Program-made: the position numbers and the translations under genes
Notes under the pieces: generated by a model
The model's database searches: none
What the model saw: the letters and a program-made list of their open reading frames with translations, nothing else
What the model was told of the DNA's origin: nothing
From: a virus
Taxonomy: Duplodnaviria > Caudoviricetes
Virus record (IMG/VR): IMGVR_UViG_3300028833_000058
Length of the DNA: 64,000 bases
Direction: 5' to 3' (one strand)
Part shown: in pieces, positions 29,384-38,756 of the stretch
How positions within the stretch are numbered: position 1 is the stretch's first letter
Layout: every line of letters starts with the position of its first letter

Positions 29384-29794
29384 ATGAGCGTAGCAAGTGA
29401 ATTAGAAAGGCTAAGAACTAATATAACAAATACGTATACAGCACTTCGAGGAAAAGGTGCTACGATTCCTACTAACCAAAATGCAGATAATCTAGCCAGT
29501 ACAGTAAATACTTTGGATGTTAACGACTCTGCAAATGTTATAAACGCTGTAAACCACACAGGTACCACTTTAACAAAAGGTACTAAAGTTTGGATATCTT
29601 TAAGAAACCCTAACACACAGGCAATAGACGGTTATTACATAGTTAATTATGCTGACATAGACGATACGTGTTATACAGCTGTTACTAGTGCCAGTTGTAA
29701 TCCTTTATCTTCGGTAGATGTTTTCACCGTGTTAGATACTAATACGATGACAGCCGCTGATAACGGTGACTTCTACTATGAAGTTATCGAATAA
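29384..29794 (+). CDS. small tail-fibre-associated protein
   Basis: N-terminal helix-KG motif shared with 36773; ends in YYEVIE like the next gene (YYEVLE). Confidence 0.5.
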   Translation: MSVASELERLRTNITNTYTALRGKGATIPTNQNADNLASTVNTLDVNDSANVINAVNHTGTTLTKGTKVWISLRNPNTQAIDGYYIVNYADIDDTCYTAVTSASCNPLSSVDVFTVLDTNTMTAADNGDFYYEVIE

Positions 29795-29843
29795 TTATTA
29801 CTAATTTTTAAGCTTAAAAATTTTTAATTATAGGTGAAAATAA

Positions 29844-30947
29844 ATGACTGAATTGAATGTTCAAATTAAAAATAAAGATGGCGACCTCCTCTATCCTAAA
29901 ACCAAAGCTGCGATTGTTTATAACAATTCTAACGAAAGTTTAGGTACAGTTGAAGCTGGTGCTGAGGTCAACATCATTGAAGAAGTACAAGTAAATGGTG
30001 TTGCTCTTACTCCTGATGCCAATCGTGCAGTTAACGTTGTAATTCCTGCTGCTGATGAATATACAATTGTTAAAGATAATGAAGCTGCTAGTGGTTATGC
30101 TGCTACATATCACTTGACTAAAAACAACGTAAATGTTGGTGCAGCTATTAATATCCCGAAGGATATGGTTGTTCAATCTGGTACAGTTGAAACCTGCGTT
30201 CAAGACGATGTTCCTGTTGCTGGTTATGTAGTTGGTGATAAATATATCGACTTAGTTTTGGCTAATGCTGATAGTTCACACATTTACATTCTTGTATCTG
30301 ATTTAATCGATATTTATACAGAAGGTGATGGTATTAACATTGCTGGTAATGTAATCAGTGTTGATACAACTGATACAGCTATTGCTGATGCTACTCCGAC
30401 TGAAAATTCTACAAAATTAGTTCAATCTGGTGGTGTTTACACAGCATTAGCTGGTAAAGTTAACACATTACAAAGTCCAGAAACTGCTGGTACTTATACA
30501 AAAGTTACTATTGACGCTCAAGGTTTGGTATCTGCTGGTGATACACTTGTAGAAGCTGATATCCCAGCTTTAGCTTCAAGTAAAGTAACATTGATGACCA
30601 GTTATGCAAAAGCTAGTGCTTCAGCTGCAATTGAAACAACTGATACTTTAAACCAAGCTATTGGTAAATTGGAATACAAAGCTGATAACGCAGTTGTAAA
30701 GAACGCTAATATCACTGGTGCTACAAAGTGCAAGATTACTTATGACGAAAAAGGTCTTGTCACTGCTGGTGATGACTTGGCTGCTTCTGATATTCCTAAC
30801 TTAGACTCAGCTAAAGTTACTTCTATGAGTTCTTATGCAAAAGCTCAATCTGCTTCTGCAATTGCTACAACTGATAGTTTGAATGACGCTATGGGTAAAT
30901 TAGAGTACAGAGTAGATAGTGCTTTGTATTATGAAGTATTAGAATAG
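29844..30947 (+). CDS. tail fibre protein
   Basis: Fibre motifs (GAEVNIIEEVQVNG, GTYTKVTIDAQG) and a duplicated ~40 aa unit (DIP.L.S.KVT.M.SYAKA..A.AI.TTD.LN.A.GKLEY). Confidence 0.7.
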   Translation: MTELNVQIKNKDGDLLYPKTKAAIVYNNSNESLGTVEAGAEVNIIEEVQVNGVALTPDANRAVNVVIPAADEYTIVKDNEAASGYAATYHLTKNNVNVGAAINIPKDMVVQSGTVETCVQDDVPVAGYVVGDKYIDLVLANADSSHIYILVSDLIDIYTEGDGINIAGNVISVDTTDTAIADATPTENSTKLVQSGGVYTALAGKVNTLQSPETAGTYTKVTIDAQGLVSAGDTLVEADIPALASSKVTLMTSYAKASASAAIETTDTLNQAIGKLEYKADNAVVKNANITGATKCKITYDEKGLVTAGDDLAASDIPNLDSAKVTSMSSYAKAQSASAIATTDSLNDAMGKLEYRVDSALYYEVLE

Positions 30948-31000
30948 TTCTAATCAGTATGTTATCAAGGGAGGTAGTTTGTTTACTCCTCCCTTGATTT
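30946..31000 (+). promoter_or_regulatory. AGTTCTA motif followed by a strong hairpin (5' leader hairpin or leaky terminator)
   Basis: AGTTCTA at 30946-30952; stem ATCAAGGGAGG/CCTCCCTTGAT at 30964-30998 with only a short T run. Confidence 0.55.
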
Positions 31001-31043
31001 AAAGATTTATAAGTTTATGGAAAAATAAAGGGAATACCGCATT

Positions 31044-34000
31044 ATGGCTGGCGAAATACATATATCAAGAAAAATTGTATTAAAAGGAATAAATGGTGGA
31101 GAGACAGAATATTATATACCATATGTTAACAACGCCACCGAAGAGCTTGCTGGTTTAGTTAAGCCAGATAATATAACAACTGTTGTTGATAGCAACGGTG
31201 TTCTTTCTGTAAACACTGCTTCGTTACAACCTGCGAATACAGCTGTTACACATACGGAAAATACAGCTGTTGGTTCTACTACGCAACCTGTTTATATAGC
31301 AAGTGATGGAACTGCTACTGCTACAAGTTATTCTTTAGAAGCTTCTGTACCAAGTAATGCTGTATTTACGGATACAACATATAGTGCTGGTACAGGCATA
31401 GATATTACAAACGAAGTAATTAGCGTTGATGGTCAGCAAGCTAGTTATGTTACTCTTTCAAATGTTGCTACTTCTGGTGATTATAACGATTTATCAAATA
31501 CTCCTGACCTTTCGAGTTATCAACAAAGTTCAACTGCTGTTACACATGCAGAAAACACTTCAGTGGGTTCTTCTATTCAACCTGTTTACATCAACAGCGA
31601 TGGTACAGCTACAGCAACCACATATACTTTAGAAGCTTCTGTTCCTAGTGATGCTGTATTCACAGATACTACTTATACTGCTGGTGATGGTATTTCTATC
31701 GATAATGGTGTGATTTCTGCTACTGGTACTGGCGGTTCTTCTGAATGGGGAAATATTACTGGTACACTGTCAGACCAAACTGATTTACAAGACGCTTTAG
31801 ATGACAAACAAGACGTTTTAACTGCTGGTGTTGGTATTAATATTACAGACAATACAATAAGTGCAGATACAACTGAGACAAATTTAATAGATACAAAGCA
31901 AGTAGTTGCTTTACCACTTGCAAATGTAGCACTTACTGGTTCATATAATGATTTAGTTAACACACCTAGTATTCCAACAAAGACATCTGATTTAAATAAT
32001 GACAGTAATTTCGCTACTTTGTCTGATATACCTACAGATAACAATCAATTAAACAATGGTGCTGGGTATCAGACTTATGATGATGTTCAAAATGCTATTT
32101 CTGGCAAACAAGATATTTTGACTGCTGGAACTGGTATAGACATAACAAACAATGTAATCTCAAGCACACAATCAAGTGCTGAATGGGGAAATATTAGCGG
32201 TACTCTTTCAGACCAGACAGATTTACAAGATGCTTTAGACGATAAACAAGACATTCTTACAGCTGGTACTGGTATTGATATTACAAGTGATATTATTTCC
32301 ATTGATGGAGAAGAAGCTGAGTTAGTAGATTTACCAGTTGTTAACGATGCTGTTTTAACAATTGAACAAAATAATACACAAATAGGAACATTTAGTGCTA
32401 ACGCTAGTAGTAACGTTACAATTAATATTTCTGTACCTACTGACGTTAGTGATTTAAACAATGATTCTGGATACCAAACATACAGCGATGTAGAAAGTAT
32501 GGTTTCTGGTAAGCAAGACGAATTAACAGCTGGTACAGGAATAGATATAACAAACAATGTGATTTCTTGTACACAGTCAAATGCAGAATGGGGTAACATA
32601 ACAGGTACGTTGTCTGACCAGACAGATTTACAAGATGCCTTAAATGATAAGCAAGATACTCTTACGGCTGGTCTTGGTATCAGTATTAGTGGAAACACAA
32701 TATCCACTAATAATAAAATGGCCATAGCCACATCTTTGGCAACTGTGGCTACATCTGGTGATTATAATGACTTGTTAAATAAACCTACGATACCGACAAA
32801 TACTTCTGACTTGAATAATGATGAAGGTTTTATTACACATATCGATTCAACTGACGTAACAACAGCTCTTGGTTATACACCTTATGATAGTTCAAATCCA
32901 GATGGATATACTACAAACGTTGGTACAGTAACAAGTGTAAACAATAGTTCTCCAGATTCTAACGGTAATGTAACATTATCAATTCCAGCAGCACAAGTAA
33001 ATTCAGACTGGGATGCTGTAAGTGGTGTTGCTCAAATTCTTAATAAACCAACTCTTGGAACTATGGCAGCTGAAACAGCTTCAGATTATACTAAAACATC
33101 TGGACTTGCTACAGTTGCAACGAGTGGTGCTTATAGTGATTTAAGTGGAACACCAACTGTTGACCAATCTTATTCTGGTGTTTCTACAAATGCTCAATCT
33201 GGTGTTGCTGTTAAATCTGCTATTGACGCTGCCATTGCTTCTGTTTATAAACCAGCTGGTTCTGTTGCTTTTGCTTCATTAGTTAATCCATCATCTGCAA
33301 CAGAAGGTTATGTTTACAATATTACAGATGATTTTACAACAGACAATAGATTTATAGAAGGTTCTGGTGTTTCTTATCCTGCTGGTACAAACATTGTTGT
33401 AATAAATACAACTGGAACAACATATAAGTTCGATGTATTAGTTGGTTTCATTGATTTATCTGGATATACACCATCTTCTCGTACAATTAATGGTAAAGCT
33501 CTAACTTCAAATATTAGTTTAACAGCTAGTGATGTTGGAGCTGTTTATACTGCTGGTACTGGTATTGTGGTTAGTAACAATGAGGTTAGTGCAGACGCTT
33601 TAGCTGTTCAAGAATTAGATACAGAACAAACAAGTGAAATTACATTAGCTACAGTTGCTACAAGTGGTAGTTATGAAGATTTATCTAACAAGCCGACAAT
33701 ACCTGCCGCAACATCTCAATTGACGAATGATAGCGGATTTATAACAGGAATTACCTCAAATAATGTAATAACTGCTTTAGGATATACTCCGTATAACTCT
33801 AGTAATCCGAGCGGTTATCAAGCTAACGTAATTGAAACGGTTAAAGTCAATGGTACAGCTTTAACTCCGACAAATAAAGCCGTAGACATCATTGTTCCAA
33901 GTGCCGTTACAGAGGCAACTGTTAGTGGTTGGGGATTTACTAAAAATGTTGGTACAGTAACATCTGTAAATAACAGTTCACCTGACGCAAATGGTAACGT

Positions 34001-34283
34001 AAGTCTTACAATTCCAACAGTAGACCAAACGTATTCATCAAGTTCTACCAATGCTCAATCTGGTACGGCTGTAGCAAGTGCTATTAGTGGAAAACAAGAT
34101 AGTAGCACAGCTGTTACACATACTAGTTCTACAGCAGTAGGTAGTACATCACAACCTGTTTACATTGCAAGTAACGGTAAAGCTACAGCTATTAGTTATA
34201 AATTCTGGGTAGGAACTCAAACTGAATATAATAACATACAAACAAAAGACAGTAGTACAATTTACTTCATTAAAGCTTCTTAG
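31044..34283 (+). CDS. long repetitive tail fibre protein
   Basis: S/T/D/N-rich with several internal repeat families; C-terminal WVGTQTEY..I..KD..TIYFI motif. Confidence 0.8.
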   Translation: MAGEIHISRKIVLKGINGGETEYYIPYVNNATEELAGLVKPDNITTVVDSNGVLSVNTASLQPANTAVTHTENTAVGSTTQPVYIASDGTATATSYSLEASVPSNAVFTDTTYSAGTGIDITNEVISVDGQQASYVTLSNVATSGDYNDLSNTPDLSSYQQSSTAVTHAENTSVGSSIQPVYINSDGTATATTYTLEASVPSDAVFTDTTYTAGDGISIDNGVISATGTGGSSEWGNITGTLSDQTDLQDALDDKQDVLTAGVGINITDNTISADTTETNLIDTKQVVALPLANVALTGSYNDLVNTPSIPTKTSDLNNDSNFATLSDIPTDNNQLNNGAGYQTYDDVQNAISGKQDILTAGTGIDITNNVISSTQSSAEWGNISGTLSDQTDLQDALDDKQDILTAGTGIDITSDIISIDGEEAELVDLPVVNDAVLTIEQNNTQIGTFSANASSNVTINISVPTDVSDLNNDSGYQTYSDVESMVSGKQDELTAGTGIDITNNVISCTQSNAEWGNITGTLSDQTDLQDALNDKQDTLTAGLGISISGNTISTNNKMAIATSLATVATSGDYNDLLNKPTIPTNTSDLNNDEGFITHIDSTDVTTALGYTPYDSSNPDGYTTNVGTVTSVNNSSPDSNGNVTLSIPAAQVNSDWDAVSGVAQILNKPTLGTMAAETASDYTKTSGLATVATSGAYSDLSGTPTVDQSYSGVSTNAQSGVAVKSAIDAAIASVYKPAGSVAFASLVNPSSATEGYVYNITDDFTTDNRFIEGSGVSYPAGTNIVVINTTGTTYKFDVLVGFIDLSGYTPSSRTINGKALTSNISLTASDVGAVYTAGTGIVVSNNEVSADALAVQELDTEQTSEITLATVATSGSYEDLSNKPTIPAATSQLTNDSGFITGITSNNVITALGYTPYNSSNPSGYQANVIETVKVNGTALTPTNKAVDIIVPSAVTEATVSGWGFTKNVGTVTSVNNSSPDANGNVSLTIPTVDQTYSSSSTNAQSGTAVASAISGKQDSSTAVTHTSSTAVGSTSQPVYIASNGKATAISYKFWVGTQTEYNNIQTKDSSTIYFIKAS
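31743..32705 (+). repeat. three copies of an EWGNI.GTLSDQTDLQDAL.DKQD.LTAG.GI.I module
   Basis: Copies start at about 31743, 32181 and 32586 and are visible in both protein and DNA. Confidence 0.8.
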
Positions 34284-34291
34284 GAGTCAAT

Positions 34292-34960
34292 ATGTCAGTC
34301 ATTGCAGATTTATCTAATGTAGACAGTATTTATTTTGGTACAACAGAGATTGTTGGAGCTTATGTAGGTACAGATTTATTGTATCAAAAAAGTACGTCTC
34401 CTTATCAAATTGATGAAGTGGTTTTTCAACGTTCTACATCTGGTACAGAAACATTGAATTTGTTAGCTACTGGTAAATACGAAGTGTACTGTATTGCTGG
34501 CGGTGGTGGTGCCGTTTCTATAACTGGTGGTTTCTTCGCTATGGGTGTAGGAGGAGGTTCTGGTTCTGGTTTTGTTGGTATAATCAACATGACACAAGGT
34601 ACTTATAGTTTAACTGTTGGTAGTGGTGGTACCGCATTATCAACAAGTTCTCAAAGCGGTGTAGCTGGTAGTGGTGGAAACTCTTCAATAGGAACGTTAG
34701 TAACTGCTTATGGAGGAGGAGGTGGTAACGCTGGTAATGGTAGTGGTGCTGCTGGTACTGCTCCTAGTATAACTGCTACTATAATTTCATATACTGTAAA
34801 TCGTGCAGGTAATTCTGGTAATCGTAGTAGTGCTGCAGGTGGAACAACAGGTGGTGCTTCTGTATATAGTACATATGGAAAAGGTGGAGATTATTCACAA
34901 GGTAGTAGTCCAGCAAATGGTACAGCTGGTTTTGTAAAGATTGTATATAAAGGTACGTAG
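34292..34960 (+). CDS. glycine-rich tail-fibre tip/adhesin protein
   Basis: Glycine-rich-domain pattern IAGGGG, GGGSGSG, TVGSGG, GGNSS..TAYGGGGG, G.AGFVKI. Confidence 0.7.
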   Translation: MSVIADLSNVDSIYFGTTEIVGAYVGTDLLYQKSTSPYQIDEVVFQRSTSGTETLNLLATGKYEVYCIAGGGGAVSITGGFFAMGVGGGSGSGFVGIINMTQGTYSLTVGSGGTALSTSSQSGVAGSGGNSSIGTLVTAYGGGGGNAGNGSGAAGTAPSITATIISYTVNRAGNSGNRSSAAGGTTGGASVYSTYGKGGDYSQGSSPANGTAGFVKIVYKGT

Positions 34961-34969
34961 GAGTTATAA

Positions 34970-36400
34970 ATGACAAAAATTCAAGTCAATTCTCAAGGAA
35001 AAGCTTATTTATCAAGTGCTGGAAAGGTTCTCGTATCTTCGGGTGCTGGAACTGGTGGTGATACCGTAACTATTGCTGGAAGTGATATACCATACGGTCA
35101 AAAGGCTTTGATAAGATTTGATACATCTAAACAGCCTTATTTAACTCATTATTACAATGCTTACACTTATACAGGTGCCTCAAATGGAGACGGTACTTTT
35201 AAAATAGCTTTACCCGACCCGTTACCGTATTTACAGAACTATATAGTAAATGGCAGCATAACTATTTCAGATGACCTTGATGGTACTGGTTGGAGTTCTT
35301 CAAACTATTTAAGCAACATTATAGAACCGTCACAAGAGGTAAATCTTGAAATAATCGGTAAAGTTAACTTCTCATCAGGCACAGGTGTTAGGGTTATTTG
35401 TCCATACGCTGCTATGAGTTCAAGGGGCTTGTTTACATACTTTGATTCAAATACTTCTTGGGATAGAGCAGCAACTGAAAGAAGTATGTCTACTTATACT
35501 TTTTATTGGTTTAGAGTTAGAATTATTAATGGCATTGCTATCGGTTGGACACTTAAGGATAATGGATATGTAGAAGGCACATTGCCTGACATTGATAGTT
35601 GGACAGGACATTTTGTTACAAATAAAAATACCGAAAATTTAGCTGTAACAATCGGTAAAACTTTTGGCTCTAATGGTATAAACTGGAACGAGAAAATCGT
35701 ATTGGGCACTTTAAAAATTTATAACTTGAATATTGAAAACGGTACAAAACAGTTAATGTGGCAAATGTACAGTCCGTTTAATCTAACTTTACCAGATATG
35801 ACAAAGTATATACCGAGTGGGGATTGGTACATTAAGTCAGGTCAAGGCACTCCTATTAATAGTCCACACCCGTTAGGATTTAGAAAAGGTTTTGATGATT
35901 TTTATAGAGATAGTTCAACATCTTTATATCCCTGTGCAAAAACCTTTAGGTGGAATTTAGCAGGTGCTAAATCAATTTATTGTAAGGGACATTTCAAAAC
36001 TCCGTCAACTTGGGTGTCTAATGTACATCAACCTATTCTAGCGTATACTACCACTAATTACGCTAACCCTGTATATGTTTATAGCGATATGAATGACCAC
36101 ACTTTATCTGGCTCTTTTGGAAATATTATTCCTGTTGAAATGTCAACAAATACCGAATACTGGTTTGAAGCAACTTTAGATAGTCAGGGCAATAGAACTC
36201 ATAAATATTCAACAGACGGTGTAAACTGGACAACGAATACTGAAACAGTTGCAGCTCCAACTTGGGAAGATTACACAGATATTCCTACTGTTGGTTATTG
36301 GGGTGTTGGTAAATTTACTTGGCGTGGTACAATATATGATGTAGAGTGTGGCTACGTTGACGCTAATGATGAAACACACACATTTAAGCTGTGGAAGTAA
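34970..36400 (+). CDS. putative receptor-binding protein with lectin-like beta-sandwich domains
   Basis: Shared N-terminal motif; aromatic-rich beta domains (TEYWF, YSTDGVNW). Confidence 0.55.
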   Translation: MTKIQVNSQGKAYLSSAGKVLVSSGAGTGGDTVTIAGSDIPYGQKALIRFDTSKQPYLTHYYNAYTYTGASNGDGTFKIALPDPLPYLQNYIVNGSITISDDLDGTGWSSSNYLSNIIEPSQEVNLEIIGKVNFSSGTGVRVICPYAAMSSRGLFTYFDSNTSWDRAATERSMSTYTFYWFRVRIINGIAIGWTLKDNGYVEGTLPDIDSWTGHFVTNKNTENLAVTIGKTFGSNGINWNEKIVLGTLKIYNLNIENGTKQLMWQMYSPFNLTLPDMTKYIPSGDWYIKSGQGTPINSPHPLGFRKGFDDFYRDSSTSLYPCAKTFRWNLAGAKSIYCKGHFKTPSTWVSNVHQPILAYTTTNYANPVYVYSDMNDHTLSGSFGNIIPVEMSTNTEYWFEATLDSQGNRTHKYSTDGVNWTTNTETVAAPTWEDYTDIPTVGYWGVGKFTWRGTIYDVECGYVDANDETHTFKLWK

Positions 36401-36472
36401 ACAACATATAACTAATTAACTAATAAAACAGTGAGAACCATAACAAAAACGTAAACATATTTTGATATTTTA

Positions 36473-36479
36473 AGTTCTA
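36473..36479 (+). promoter_or_regulatory. AGTTCTA putative late-promoter motif
   Basis: Upstream of the ATG at 36527. Confidence 0.6.
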
Positions 36480-36526
36480 ATGTAATAGCTATATGACTAT
36501 ATTCAATCCATGGAGAATATATAAGA

Positions 36527-36769
36527 ATGTTAAAAGTAATAACCGATTTAGAGGGTAATGTATATCTTGATAACGGCCAAGCTCTTTTGATAGATGTAAG
36601 TGGTGAGGAATCAGGAAGTAGTGCTGGTAGCCCAACTGCTCAAGAAATTATGGACGCTACTAACAATGTTAATGCAATACTTAAATCAACAGAAGGCCAA
36701 CCAATCCCTGATGATTCTCTAGTGATTGCACAAAGTATTTCAAAATTACAAAATATCATAGGAGATTAG
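36527..36769 (+). CDS. small adaptor-like protein carrying the shared adhesin N-terminal motif
   Basis: MLKVITDLEGNVYLDNGQALL followed by an S/G linker and short helices. Confidence 0.5.
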   Translation: MLKVITDLEGNVYLDNGQALLIDVSGEESGSSAGSPTAQEIMDATNNVNAILKSTEGQPIPDDSLVIAQSISKLQNIIGD

Positions 36770-36772
36770 TTT

Positions 36773-37867
36773 ATGACTGCATTATTAGATTTAATTGATG
36801 AAATTGAAGATATAAAAGGCGATTTAAGAACTGCTATTAACAATAAAGGTGGTTCTTTAACAAGTTCTACACCATTTGCAAATTATGTTACTGCTGTTGA
36901 CAATTTACCAACAGCAGAAGCAGTATTAGCAAAAACGTTATCAGGTGCACAAACTTTCAATGTACAGACGTTAGGTGATTGTGGTTTAAGTAATAACCAT
37001 GAAATGACATCAATATCTTTACCGAATTGTATACACATGGGTGAAAGATGTATACAAAATTGTGGAAGTTTATTATCTGCTTCTATACCATCTTATGAGG
37101 GTGCTACTTTAACTCTTACTGACAATGGTGACGTACAAGTTAATTACAATGGTGGACATTACTGTTTCGAATATTGTATTAATTTAACTACAGCATATTT
37201 ACCATCTTTAAAAATCATGCCATCAGACTTTTTTGCAGATTGTAGGTCTCTTACAACATTTACTGCTCCCAATCTATACGGAATGGCTGGTAACGCTTTT
37301 AGAGAGTATGAAGAACAGACACCAGTCTATCGTAGGGTTACTGCATATGACCAAATTAAAGCATTTGGTTTAAACTTTATGAATTATAGATATTTAGAAT
37401 CAATGACAGATGTATTGAGAAACTACATTAGGGATACAGATAATAACGTTACAGATACATTAACATTTAATAATTTACAATATTGTCGTGAATTGTTTAG
37501 ATATGAAGATTGGGATAATCCAGCAGACCCACTTTATGCTATTACAACTGTAAATGTTCCAGATTTAAGACAAATTGGAGACTGGTCAAACAATAGATGG
37601 AGAGTTCAAACGTTGAACTTACCTAAAATAAGAAGACTTAATAACCACTCTTTTGATGGTTGTGATAATTTAACAACTATTACAATTGGTAGTAAAATAA
37701 AATATATTGCATGGGAAGCATTTTCTAATTGTCAAAATGTAGAAACGGTTAACATTGACATTGATGAAAATACACAAGACCAAGAGATTATTAATAATGT
37801 TATTAATACAGCTCCATGGGGATTAGACCAATCTGTAACAATCAACTGGACAGGTTCAGAAGAATAA
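36773..37867 (+). CDS. BspA-type leucine-rich repeat (LRR_5) protein
   Basis: Repeats such as TSISLPNC..MGE, FEYCINLTTAYLP, SFDGCDNLTTITIG and AFSNC; terminal APWG. Confidence 0.75.
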   Translation: MTALLDLIDEIEDIKGDLRTAINNKGGSLTSSTPFANYVTAVDNLPTAEAVLAKTLSGAQTFNVQTLGDCGLSNNHEMTSISLPNCIHMGERCIQNCGSLLSASIPSYEGATLTLTDNGDVQVNYNGGHYCFEYCINLTTAYLPSLKIMPSDFFADCRSLTTFTAPNLYGMAGNAFREYEEQTPVYRRVTAYDQIKAFGLNFMNYRYLESMTDVLRNYIRDTDNNVTDTLTFNNLQYCRELFRYEDWDNPADPLYAITTVNVPDLRQIGDWSNNRWRVQTLNLPKIRRLNNHSFDGCDNLTTITIGSKIKYIAWEAFSNCQNVETVNIDIDENTQDQEIINNVINTAPWGLDQSVTINWTGSEE

Positions 37868-37891
37868 TTAAAGTCATATAGGAATAGATAG

Positions 37892-38746
37892 ATGACGAAA
37901 CTGTTAACAAATGCACAAGGAAAAGTTCTTCTTGCTAACAATAAAGCTTTTCTTTCTCCTGGCGAGAAGTATGGTTGTGGAATAGACAATTTGTTAGGTG
38001 ATGTGGACTCAAGTGGTGTGTTACAATTACCATCTGAACAAGTTAATGGGCTTACGTTCACTGGTGTTAAAGATATTAGTTATCGTGGGTTATATTATAA
38101 ATTTGCTAGTTGTCAAAACATAACTGGTTTAGTAAGCTTTCCAGATTTAGAGCAAATCACTGGTGCTAATGCTATATATTTTGCATTTGAGAATAGTGGT
38201 ATAACAGGTGTATCTTGTCCTAAACTTACAGCAGTGAGTAATGCTCAAGGATATGCATTTCAAGGATGTACAAATTTAACGAGTGTTTCTTTCCCATTGT
38301 TAGCTAACATAAGTAGTGGATATGCTTGTAATTCTTGGTTTGGAAGTTGTACTTCTCTTACCACTATAGAATTTCCAGAATTACTTGGTTTTGCACAATA
38401 TACTTATGATGGCTTTTACAATATATTTAACGATTGTACTAGTTTAACAACAGTTCGTTTTCCAAAATTAACAAACTTAGATGCTAACAAATGTATGGAA
38501 CAAGCTTTTAATGGATGTACAAGTCTTGAGAATGTATATTTCAATGGATTAACAACATCTTCTTTTGGAAGCAGTTTCAAAACTCAATTTACCAATTTGA
38601 TGAGAAACACAGGTGATTCTACAACACATACTTTACACTTTCCGTCAAACTTACAGTCAACTATAGCAACACTGTCTGGTTATCCGTTATTTGGTGGAAC
38701 AGATGGATATGTTACATTAGCATTTGACCTTACAGCTACTTCATAG
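37892..38746 (+). CDS. BspA-type LRR protein
   Basis: Repeats FxxCTxLTxVxFPxL. Confidence 0.8.
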   Translation: MTKLLTNAQGKVLLANNKAFLSPGEKYGCGIDNLLGDVDSSGVLQLPSEQVNGLTFTGVKDISYRGLYYKFASCQNITGLVSFPDLEQITGANAIYFAFENSGITGVSCPKLTAVSNAQGYAFQGCTNLTSVSFPLLANISSGYACNSWFGSCTSLTTIEFPELLGFAQYTYDGFYNIFNDCTSLTTVRFPKLTNLDANKCMEQAFNGCTSLENVYFNGLTTSSFGSSFKTQFTNLMRNTGDSTTHTLHFPSNLQSTIATLSGYPLFGGTDGYVTLAFDLTATS

Positions 38747-38756
38747 GAATAATTAA

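Noticed and set aside
31239-34200. DNA repeats as a possible CRISPR array or mobile repeat
   Set aside because: They are in-frame, synonymous-diverged protein repeats inside a tail fibre, with no constant repeat-spacer periodicity.
36401-36526. Intergenic gaps as possible tRNA or ncRNA genes
   Set aside because: Very AT-rich, with no cloverleaf or T-loop (GTTCRA) context.
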